A stretch of DNA of 63,260 nt, filler included, from Octopus bimaculoides (taxonomy: Eukaryota): the NCBI RefSeq assembly GCF_001194135.2. It is 7 parts of 6 records of this genome, joined end to end, with 100 filler letters (N's around TTAATTAATTAA, not from the genome) between each part and the next. Parts side by side here need not be neighbours in the genome. Positions count along the whole stretch, not along the records: positions 1 to 25,151 come from NC_068981.1; positions 25,252 to 38,830 come from NC_068994.1; 5 more parts are not named here. The stretch is one strand, 5' to 3'. The notes beneath the pieces were generated by a model. It saw only the letters and a program-made list of their open reading frames with translations, searched no databases and was not told the origin of the DNA. The translations under genes and the position numbers were made by a program. Of the stretch, positions 23,468 through 34,490 are shown piece after piece; position 1 is the stretch's first letter; every line of letters begins with the position of its first letter.

Positions 23468-24960
23468 NNNNNNNNNNNNNNNNNNNNNNNNNNNNNNNNN
23501 NNNNNNNNNNNNNNNNNNNNNNNNNNNNNNNNNNNNNNNNNNNNNNNNNNNNNNNNNNNNNNNNNNNNNNNNNNNNNNNNNNNNNNNNNNNNNNNNNNNN
23601 NNNNNNNNNNNNNNNNNNNNNNNNNNNNNNNNNNNNNNNNNNNNNNNNNNNNNNNNNNNNNNNNNNNNNNNNNNNNNNNNNNNNNNNNNNNNNNNNNNNN
23701 NNNNNNNNNNNNNNNNNNNNNNNNNNNNNNNNNNNNNNNNNNNNNNNNNNNNNNNNNNNNNNNNNNNNNNNNNNNNNNNNNNNNNNNNNNNNNNNNNNNN
23801 NNNNNNNNNNNNNNNNNNNNNNNNNNNNNNNNNNNNNNNNNNNNNNNNNNNNNNNNNNNNNNNNNNNNNNNNNNNNNNNNNNNNNNNNNNNNNNNNNNNN
23901 NNNNNNNNNNNNNNNNNNNNNNNNNNNNNNNNNNNNNNNNNNNNNNNNNNNNNNNNNNNNNNNNNNNNNNNNNNNNNNNNNNNNNNNNNNNNNNNNNNNN
24001 NNNNNNNNNNNNNNNNNNNNNNNNNNNNNNNNNNNNNNNNNNNNNNNNNNNNNNNNNNNNNNNNNNNNNNNNNNNNNNNNNNNNNNNNNNNNNNNNNNNN
24101 NNNNNNNNNNNNNNNNNNNNNNNNNNNNNNNNNNNNNNNNNNNNNNNNNNNNNNNNTATATATATATATATATATATACATACATATACATATAAGACAT
24201 TAAACTGCAACTAGTGGTGAGGCTCCAGCTGGGAATTCTGGAGTTGTGGGGAACTCTGGAATTGTGGAGTCATGCTTTAAAAACCATAACTCTCAGGTCG
24301 GTTCTGACCCTGTCAGAGTCCTATCTATGAGTTAAATAGATTTCCCAGAGACAGAGCAGGCTCCTGCTATTTTTAACTAAGCCATGGGGAAGGCAGTTCT
24401 TCCAGAAGATAGACAGTCTGACATAAAACATGCAGTCAAAATAGTTACCAGTCATCTTGTAATGCTTGTCACTGGGCCTCCTATAGTGACTAAGAGAGTC
24501 GCAGAAGTGTTGTACAAGCATTTGTCATTTAAATTCAATGGTGTACATATGTCTCACTGTCATTTTATTTCTTGATCTGTTTTGTATAACATAAAGTATG
24601 ATGGTGGTGGATGCATGGTGAGAAAAGCCATATCGTTGCACATGTAGTGATGAAAGTCAGTCAGAACAATCAGGCTGAATGTGAGATAGCTGTCATATGA
24701 CAGATGAGGCAATAATCCTCATCATATATTTATATATATATATATATATATATGCCAAGAAGCACCTGTGAGCTTCATATTCATACATTATGGATTCAAA
24801 TCAAGTACACAAGAGATGGTGTGAGGGCAGTTGCTATGGCATTGAGGTAGATCCGGCCATCCCTGTTAACAAGGACAAAACCTGGATTCAAAATGATAGA
24901 TGATGATGATACATACACATATATATCTATATCTATCTCTATACATATATATATATAAGT

Positions 24961-25097
24961 ATCATCATCATCATCATCATCATTTAACGTCCGCTTTCCA
25001 TGCTAGCATGGGTTGGACGATTTGACTGAGGACTGGTGAAACCGGATGGCAACACCAGGCTCCAATCTAAATTTGGCAGAGTTTCTACAGCTGGATG
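24961..25097 (-). mobile_element. RTE 3' tail fragment
   Basis: (CAT)n followed by the reverse complement of the RTE tail. Confidence 0.8.
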
Positions 25098-25629
25098 TGT
25101 GTATATATATATATACACACACACACACACATACACACACACACATATATANNNNNNNNNNNNNNNNNNNNNNNNNNNNNNNNNNNNNNNNNNNNTTAAT
25201 TAATTAANNNNNNNNNNNNNNNNNNNNNNNNNNNNNNNNNNNNNNNNNNNNACCTCAGATTTATCATCGTATTGTCTCTCTACTACCTCTGTCAAATGAA
25301 TCACCAAAATTGGCCTTTTATTATTTATAATATGTACCTGTTTGTTTGGTTACGAAATAAGATACACAAAAACGTGTTTCTGAATTACGTGTATTTACTT
25401 TATATACATGAGTTGAAAACTTTCTTCTAACATTCCACGCTGGCATGTATTGGATAGTTATTAATGTAGAAATATGGTATCGTAGCTACTAACAGTTGAG
25501 GGTTGCGTAGTCTAGACGGTGTTTTTAGATTTCATTATTCTCTTTAACCCGGGCAACGCCGGGTGTTTCTGCTAGTTGTTAAATGAAATCATTACATTGC
25601 TGAGAAATAATTAGGAGTACAAGTACTCA

Positions 25630-26665
25630 GGGATGCTGGAGGATGATAAGGTAATGAAAATAAAAATGAGAGAAAATCTTCAAAGAGTACAAGTGAAGGA
25701 TTGAGAAGGTGCTCAAAACAAAACTAAATAAAACAATAAATACATGGGCCACATGAGTATTAAGAGATTCTGCTCTTCTTCAAAACAGACATAAAGCTAC
25801 AGGAATCAGAAGAATTAAGAAGCTGCTCACAATGCACAACACCCAACACCCTAAAAGTGATAGTTATAGGCACTACATACCAAGAAGAAAAGGAGGAAGA
25901 GGATTGTTAACTGCTGAAGATACATCACTGCTGTGATATTAAGTTTGAAAGACATTGTTGTACATAGTGAAGAAAGAATACTATTTGCAGCTAGAAAACA
26001 TTAAAAAAAAAAAATCACTGAAATAGTAAGAGAATTCAAGAATAAATAAAAGAAGGACAGGACAGATAGTTGGAAACAAAAGGAATTATATGGTCAATGC
26101 ATGCATCAATAATGATGAAAGTAAAGAACACTGGTTTTGGCTGACAAATGGAAATCTGAAATGATAAACTGAATCACTAACTATAGACACCAAAGAATAT
26201 ACCATTAGGACAAAGACTGATAAAAATCAGTCAGACAGCAAACGCAAAAGTTGTGGAAAAAGAGACAGTACAAAAAAGAGTATAAGTACAAGCACAAGTG
26301 TGTCAATAAAAGAGAACATCAGATTTGTTTGTTTGTGGATTCAAAGTGACAGAAATGTTATAAGAACAGGATTTTATGTGAAGACTGACCATACGACTGA
26401 AGCAAGAAGACCAGATATGATTATAAAGGACATAAAAAACAAACAGGGTATGATCATATACTTTAAAATATCATATGATAGTAGAATGGATATCAAAGAA
26501 GTTGAGAAAATAGAGAAATATCAGGACCTAGCCCGAAAAATGAAAAGACTATAGGAAACAAAAGCACCAATTGTTCCTGTAGTAATTGATGCACTTGGCA
26601 TAACACTCAAACAGCTGAAGGATATTAGAAGTGAGACATGCATTGTTGACCTGCAGAAAAATACC
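25630..26665 (+). mobile_element. Degenerate R4/Dong-clade RLE non-LTR retrotransposon, 3' part
   Basis: KVLKTKLN..INTWA, LLTMHN.QHPKSD...YIPRRKGGRGL, TDHTTEARRPDMIIKD and KEVEKIEKYQDLARKMKRL..KAPIVPVVI.ALG. Confidence 0.8.
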
Positions 26666-27179
26666 ACCAAAATTTGAAATTTATTGTCACCAATCCTCAG
26701 GATAACTTTGCTGCTAATTCAATGAGCACGTAATTGCTTTTCAATAACAAAAATATTAATTCTTCTGCAATATGGGTACAATATTTGATTATCTCCAGAA
26801 GAATAAAAGGTAAAAATCTTCATTGGTAGGATCTGAGTTCAAATCTTAAATGAGACATACATATCTAATTGTTGTCAGGTCGTTTTTTAAAAATATTTCC
26901 ATAGTTTTCAAATGCAAGGGACATTTTCCTTTTTTCTGTCTGTCCCATGCATTTGAAAACTATGAAAATATTTTTAAAAAACATTTCATTTAATTTTTCC
27001 ACAATTTAATTGTTTTCATGCTTTACTCTCAGTTGAAAAAATCACAAAACTGAAACCAGTACTAAAATGTTCTTCATGATAAAATTATTTTAGCATTTTC
27101 TACCTTGTCTTATTTTCCTTATACATAGCAACTTGTGTGTTCCTTTTCAACCTTCTACATATCATACCCCCACATGGGA

Positions 27180-28040
27180 TACAGAGAATGCCGCTAAAAG
27201 CAGATACAATCACTACCATGAATGAAGAAATACTGAAAGAACTCAAGAAAATCAACACAAATATGTTAATGTTTTTTAACAAATTTCACTCAATACATGA
27301 ACCCAGTCGAGTGAACAATGAGGAAATCAATACAAAAAATACAACCTCTGAAATCACCAAAATCCTTGGAAACTTATTATTTCTTTACTGCCCACAAGGG
27401 GCTACACACAGAGGAGACAAACAAGGACAGATAAATGGATTAAGTCGATTATATTGACCCCAGTGCATAACTGGTACTTATTTAATTGACCCCGAAAGGA
27501 TGAAAGGCGAAGTCAACCTCGGCAGAATTTGAACTCAGAACGTAGCAGCAGATGAAATACCAATAAGCATTTCCTCCGGCGTGCTAACGTTTCTGCCAGC
27601 TCGCCGCCTTCAAACCTTGGAAACTTATGCGAAACAATTAGAACATTTTTCTTAAACAATGTGAATCAAGGACCTCCGAACGAGGCAGCATATGGGATCA
27701 TTACACTAACAACATACTAAATGAAACACCATATATTACCACAATGGAACAAATCACTCGGAGATAGAAAGTTTGCCTTTTGGAAGATAATCCAAAACAA
27801 CAACAAAGCGGATATATATGAAAAATGGTTCAATCTGGCACTGTTAATTCTCCCCTGTAGTCCACAACTTTAGTACATTAATTTCTGTATATTAAAACAT
27901 TATAGATAAATCTGAGGCACAAAGACACCTCAGGGAAAGAATGGCACTGGGAAAAATGAAGATTGAAATAGAACTTCTAAAATTGAGGGCTCAGATGAAT
28001 GAAGATAAAGTAAAATCCATCAATGAAGAGATCAACCATA
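27180..28040 (+). pseudogene. Decayed ORF remnant interrupted by the SINE, possibly a retroelement (Penelope-like) N-terminal region
   Basis: Lys/Glu/Asn-rich frames continue across the SINE (EEILKELKKIN...; KFAFWKIIQNNNKADIYEKWF; IEIELLKLRAQ). No catalytic motif is visible. Confidence 0.3.
27378..27614 (-). mobile_element. Full-length SINE family B with a 14-bp TSD
   Basis: TSD CCTTGGAAACTTAT at 27364-27377 and 27615-27628. Minus-strand head GGCGGCGAGCTGGCAGAAACGTTAGC and B-box GAGTTCAAATTC. Confidence 0.9.
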
Positions 28041-30679
28041 TACAAAGGTAGGCTGAAATGTTCACAGGCTGAATGTGACAAAATGAGGTTCATTTTTACA
28101 ACATAGTCCTCTTTGCCAAAAGTTCCATGCAGTGGGACTGAACTTGGAACCATGTGGTTGGGAAGCAAACTTCCTACCACACAGCCATGCCTGTGCTTGA
28201 GATATACTGACAGCCATCCCATGGTATATTTATATCTAATCATATGACAATGAATTCATTACATTTTGGATATATTGTTAAAATATTCTGGCAGTCATTG
28301 CTTGAAAATATTCTGGCAGTCATTGCTTGATCCTGGAATGTTGATTCAATCATAAATGTGACAGCCAAGTCATTTAGAAGATGCTTCAAACAGGAATTCA
28401 CAAAAATATTCAATAAATAAATAAATATGAAACCTAAAATAAAATTCTTACGTTTATTTATATTTTGTTTTATTTTTCAGGAAAAAAAAAAACAAGCTTT
28501 ATTTTAAAAATCTAGTGTTATTACATTGCATGGAAGCAGGTGAGTGTTGGTGACAGGAAAGGCATCCAGCCATAGAAAATCTGTCTCAACAAATTCCATT
28601 TAATTTGTGCATAAAAAAGTGGATGTTAGATGATGATGATGATGACGACAATGTTGATGACAACAATGATGATGATGATGATGACAACAATGATGATGAA
28701 GATGATGATGTACAATTCACATAATTACACTAAATGTTTTATTTTACAGATCAGAAAATTTTCCAATGACTATGGTACTACTTTGTGAGATGTAATAGAT
28801 GTAATATTTTACATTTTTCTGTCAGAGGCTAAAAGGAACAAATATGAGAAAAGCTTTTATGGTCAATGACTTTCTCTTTGAAAAATACGTTTCCCTTTGC
28901 AGTTATCTAGGTACAAAACTGTAGTCCACAACTTTAGTACATTAATTTCTGTATATTAAAACAAAGATGTAGCAATGAGGCAAAGAGGTAGGATTCCAGC
29001 TATACTGTAAATGTCAAAATATCAAAATTCAAATAACTCTAAACAAAATGTATACTTTACATTAAAAGTGGTTGATTATCTAATAATTTAACATCAAAAG
29101 TCAGATGGGAACTATTATAATATTAATAGAAAGTATAAAAAAATATTTATGAAATAGTCATATAGTAGTGAGTATAAATGTAATTAGGCAGAAAAAAAAA
29201 AAACAGGGAGATCATTGATTGGTAGATATCCTGAATGTTCATGCTGTAATGTTCAGATGTATTCTTCCCCATTATATAAAAGTAGATGCTCCTCAAATAT
29301 AGTGAGGATATTTTATGTAAGGTTCATTGAAAGTGCTTCATAAATTTATACAGGAGTAAAAATTCAATGTCATTAATTCTATTCTGTATGAATTTAATGA
29401 GTGTTTTAAGGGAACCTTACTCATAAAATTCTTGCATGATAAAGTATTAACAGAAATCAAAATTGTAAAAATGCTCCAAGGAAAAAATTTAAATACAAAT
29501 AAACAGACAAAAAGAAAATGTTTACGAAAATAAAGAGAAATGATTTTTAGGGGGATGTCTATCAAATTAATTGATGACAACCAAAATATAATTACTTTTG
29601 GAAAAAATGCCTTGCAGTTTTTGTTCTATGCTCAGATCCTGCCTTTCATTTCTCTAGGGTTTATAAAGTATCAGTCAAATGCCACATCCAGTTTAATCAA
29701 TAAACCCCCAACCCTATAAAAATTGCTGGACTTATGCATAAATCAAAAACAAACAGTATCCTAAATGTAAAGACAAACTATATTAAAGTTCACAAAAATT
29801 GGTCAACAATGATCAACAATAAGATGAAGCCACAGAGAAGCTCTTGGTTTAAGTGTTTGCCTATGTTTAAGTGTTTGCCTATGTTACCTTATAGTTTAAG
29901 TAAATATTAAAGTAACACATTGACAATCATATCAATGTCATCTGTATTGGAGAGCAATAGATGCAACCCCTTCTTTCAGACCAAACTATTAAAAAAATTA
30001 CATCATACAATCAACAATTAGAAAGAGAAGCGTAAATTTTACTCTCATGGCACTCTACCACCAAACAATATAATTACAAGATTAAGCAAATTAAAACAAA
30101 AATAAAACTATACATTACAAGTGATACACTGAGATAAAGCTTGAAACTTGGAAACATACAAATTGGAATGCTATCAACCTCCTGTTTCTCTGGCAAAAGA
30201 AACTAGTGGCTGAAATGAAGTGCAATGACTATAACCAGAAGTCAAAATCAAGGCACAGACATGGATTATCAAGAAGCCATTTGACAATTTTTTTTTCTTT
30301 TTGTCTCGAGATATCTATTTTAACAAAATTACTGGTATTGATTTTCTCAACATTAAGACAAGCTTAAAATCTCATGTAAATGTTGTCAGCCTTAATTCTT
30401 TGTAGATAACAGATCAACATTTGAAAGTCAAGAGGTTATCCCGTATTTAAACATTACAATGTGGAAATTTATTTTTCCCATGTTGGCCAATTATCAGTAA
30501 ATGTTCTGATATAAAATTCATATAAACATTAAGATACAGACTATTTATTCAGCATGAAGGGATGAGAGAGAGAAGAGGTGAAAAGAGAAGAGTTGTCCCT
30601 CCTAGCTACTTTTTGTGCAGTTTCTTCTGGTTTTTCTGTAAGAACGGAAGAGTCTGCTGCAGTTAAAGATTACTTTGTC

Positions 30680-31800
30680 CTCTTTGTAAAAAAGGCATCC
30701 AGGGTTGACTGTTTTAACCTGCATTTCTGTACCTGGGTATCACTGTGTTATTGAAGTGATTCAGATCCAGCTCCACAACAGCTACATTGCAGTTATATTC
30801 CTTGGCTAGTTTAGAGACTTTATTCCAACCAGTGAACAATTTAAACAGTTGGAATATTCTCCCACTCATCTTCACATTGCACCATCAAATAAGGACGGTT
30901 AGCTGGATCATTTTCCATGACCAAATGGGCCTTGAGGGAAAGATTATTGTCCTTGAGGCACAGTAGGGCAAAACATCCAGATGACAATTCAGTGAAAAAG
31001 ATATTTCGTCACTGAAGCCTTGTATTGTGGCCTCTAAAAGATACCAAGATGGTTCTTATGAATATTTCAAATGCTCTGAGGTATTTTGGATGGTAAATGA
31101 GGAGAGGTTTTAATTTACAGTCTCCAGAAGCATTCACACACAGAGGTAAGGTTAACTGGTCTTTCATTGGCTTGTAGCTTTGCATAAAATTCTCTTCCTT
31201 TGTAATATATGTTCTATAAGGTATCTTTTTCAAAAACAAGTTGAACTCTTGCTGTGAAATGAAACCACCTCTTTCAATAATAATATGACTTTGCACTCAT
31301 GAGTTGCTTTATGGTGTGTACTAGCAGATTCATCATGTGTCACAACACTATGCAATCTATTTCTTTACCAAAATCTGGTAAACCAATCAGTTACAGTAAG
31401 AAAATCCATCCAGCTCTGTAGTATCACTTCCACTGGAAGAATTCATTCTAAGACCATCAAACAACTGTTTGGTTTATCTGTCAACTTATACTGTCACAAG
31501 CAATCTTTTCTTACTTTAATCTACACCAAAAGTAAATTTTCCATCTTGTCAATAGAATTGTTATGTGATTTACTAGGTTCAGTTCTTTCCTTAGCTACCA
31601 GAATACTTTTTAATTCATTTTTGTTTTTCATTATGGTGCAGATTGTTGTTTTTGCCATTCTACACTTTGAACTAAGGTTGCTAACACTTGTTCCCTTTCC
31701 ACATTTACATATTTCCTTCTTAGTTTCTATGGCATTTGATTTTCTAACTTACTTCTGTTGCTACATGGCTATGTTCTTTGCAAAAAATATAAGAAATCTC
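30680..31800 (-). mobile_element. Degenerate Tigger/pogo DNA transposon
   Basis: CENP-B-type HTH IETKKEI...VSNLSSKCRMAKTTICTIMKNKNELK (31570-31740). DDE-domain N-part RTYITKEE...KPMKDQLTLPLCVNASGDCKLKPLLIYH and C-terminal KQSTLDAF. Confidence 0.85.
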
Positions 31801-33058
31801 ACATATAACAAGCCCTGCGATATGGGGTGGCTATTGCAGCAAGTGTCACTGACCATTCTCTGCAGCAACGCTTTTGCAATTGTGTCTGTGCAAGGTGCAG
31901 CTAAACACACCATTTATTCTGAGATGTACAACATGTTACTCCCTTCCCACCATCTTCTACTGCTTAATTCCTCCACCACCTTTTTCTTTTTCTCTGTTTC
32001 CTTGGTGAGGTAGTTGTGGGATTTTCTTCTCATTAATTCGATCTTTTATGCTTTTAATTTTTTTCTTTCTCTTTTCCTATGTACTTAACAAAATATCTTT
32101 CAAGTTTGTGATTATAACATAATATGTTTCACACTTTGGTTACACTGGTAAAATAAAACAACAAACAGAGTGGGATTGAGTTGGAGAAAGAAGAGATATA
32201 AAAAAAAATAGTAAGTGACATATCAGTGGCTGGAGTACCAGATATTTTGATAAAAATAAAACTGCTAATTTTTGTCATTTCTGCCACCATCCTCGTCCAC
32301 CCAACATACACCAAAAAAAAAAATTGAAAACAAAATATGCTAAATGATGACGGCAGTTCACACAAACACATATATAAGTGATGTGACTTTGATAGTGTCA
32401 AATGACAGAGAGAGTTAGAGAATAAAATTGTTATTGTAACAGTTTATATTAGCAGTATCATTGTTTTTCATTCTTTTCTTGTGTACATTTATGCATTTCA
32501 ATAAATTTGGAAATTGATTAATATATAAAGTGGAAAAGAGAAAAAAGGAGTACTGTTAAAGGAGCTGTCACAAGATTAAATAAAAGAAACAGGCAGCATT
32601 CAGCAAAACATGTTGCTGGTCATTTTCGAAAGCAATAACTTTAAAACAGTAGCAAGATCATAAGTTTAATATTCAATTTTACATTTCGCCCACCTATATG
32701 TTCTGAGTTCAAATTCAGCTGAGGTCAACTTTACCTTTCATCTTCTCAGCAGTCAATAAAATATGTAGCAGTTGAGCACTGGGGTTGGTACAACTAACTT
32801 ACCACCTACCCCGAAATTGCAGGCCTTGTGCCAAAATTTAAAACCAATATTTAATTTTACATACACACAAGCACACATTCTCTACTCCTCAGTGACTGCA
32901 GCAGCAGTCAACTATGTGTACGAACATGTGTGTGTGTGTGTGTGTGTGGATGTGTGTAAGCCATCTAAGAATCCATATGTCAGGAAAAAATGCACTTGTA
33001 TATCTTTCAGTAGAGTAGGTATATTAATCAAAGTGTACAGTATTATTTATCCATTAGG

Positions 33059-33343
33059 GCCAATCTTACCAGTTGCTTTTGCACTAAGGGTTCAATGGAG
33101 TGATAGGTAACAGTCTGATTATGTAACCCTGCACTCTTCAGAGATAGCTATTATGGAATGAAATATGGTAACTGCTCTCTATTGTTGGAGGTGAACAGAC
33201 ACACCTCCAGTTGTTCACCTCTAACAATTGAGAGCAGTCACTATATTTCATTCCATAACAGCTATCTCTGGAGAGCACTGGATTACATAATTGGACTAAC
33301 ACTCCATTGAACCCCTAGTGCAAAACCAATTGGTAAGATTGGC
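33059..33343. mobile_element. Palindromic foldback MITE (about 140-bp arms, 14-nt loop)
   Basis: 33059-33197 is an imperfect reverse complement of 33212-33343; the differences are mostly transitions. Confidence 0.85.
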
Positions 33344-33439
33344 TGTAATGAATATATAATACTATACACTTAAATTAATATATAAAATAAAACTGAAAAT
33401 TTTTTTCACGAATTATATTTAATTCATAAATTTCACCCA

Positions 33440-34490
33440 CACACCAATAATTGGGAAATTTAGCAAGAAGATGGAGGAACTACAGACTTGTGAGATAGAG
33501 AGCAACTGGGAGTTCCTGTGGTACACCTTGCTGCATGCCACGGACCAAATTTGTGGCTGGTGCAAAGTCTCAACCAGACCTAGGGTGATGTGGTGGTGGA
33601 ACGATGTTGTAGACAAGGTCATTGGAGGGAAGAAACAGGCCTGAAAGGACTAGTAGAATGATGGTAGCAGAGAATTATATCAGGTAGCTAGGAGGGAGGC
33701 TAGCAGGCAGGTATACTTAGCCAGGGGAGAAGCAGAAAGGAGGAAGTTTGCCAATGTTCTGTGACATGAAGGCCAGAGGTTTGAAGTGTTTTAGATTGCA
33801 AGACAGTCAGTCAGAAAATTGTGATGTGGTAGGAAGGAAATGTCTTTGCATATATGATGACTCACTTGCAGTTAATAATTCTGCAAAGAAGGAAGCTTTG
33901 AAGTGCCACTATGAAAGGTTGTTAAATGTAGAGAATGCATGGGAGAAGGAGAGCCTGGCCCCAACAGAGGGGCCAGCTATTTGAATCGACTGTAGCTTGG
34001 TAGATAAAGCAATTAAGAATATGAAGATGGGGAAAGCCCCTGACCCATCAGGAGTCACCACTGAGATGCTTAAAATATCTGGTGGAGTGGAGTATGGCCT
34101 AGTTACCCATATAGTTAATCAGGTTGTCATACCCAATGATTGGTACAGCAACATTATAGTCAACTGCTACAAAGGCAAAGGTGACACCCCAGACAGAAAT
34201 AATTACAGGGTCATCAATTGCTGAACCAGGTGATGAAAGTTGCAGAAAGCATAGCTCAATTAATTAAGAAGAAACTTAGCATAGATGAGATACAGTTTGG
34301 ATTTGTTCCAGGGAGAAGCACCACTAATGCTATCTTCCTGGTGAGGCAACTTCAGGGGAAGTACTTGGCCAAAAATAAACCTCTATATCTGGCTTTTGTT
34401 TACATGAAGAAAACTTTTGACAGGGTCCTCTGCTCCATTGTCTGGTGAGCAATACAGAAGCCAGAGATAGATGAGTGGTTAGTGAGAGAT
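33440..34490 (+). mobile_element. Older degenerate RTE LINE fragment
   Basis: AIKNMKMGKAPDPSGVTTEMLK and DEIQFGFVPGRSTTNAIFLVRQLQGKYLAKNKPLYLAFV. Multiple stops and frameshifts. Confidence 0.9.

Noticed and set aside
24384-24575. ORF with LVMLVTGPP, recalling helicase Walker A context
   Set aside because: It lacks the GKT/S motif, has no convincing splice sites, and is short.
25196-25207. TTAATTAATTAA islands in the middle of N runs (also 38875, 51161, 55604, 58332 and 61824)
   Set aside because: The same 12-mer is centred in about 100-N gaps and has stops in all six frames. It is an assembly spacer, not biology.
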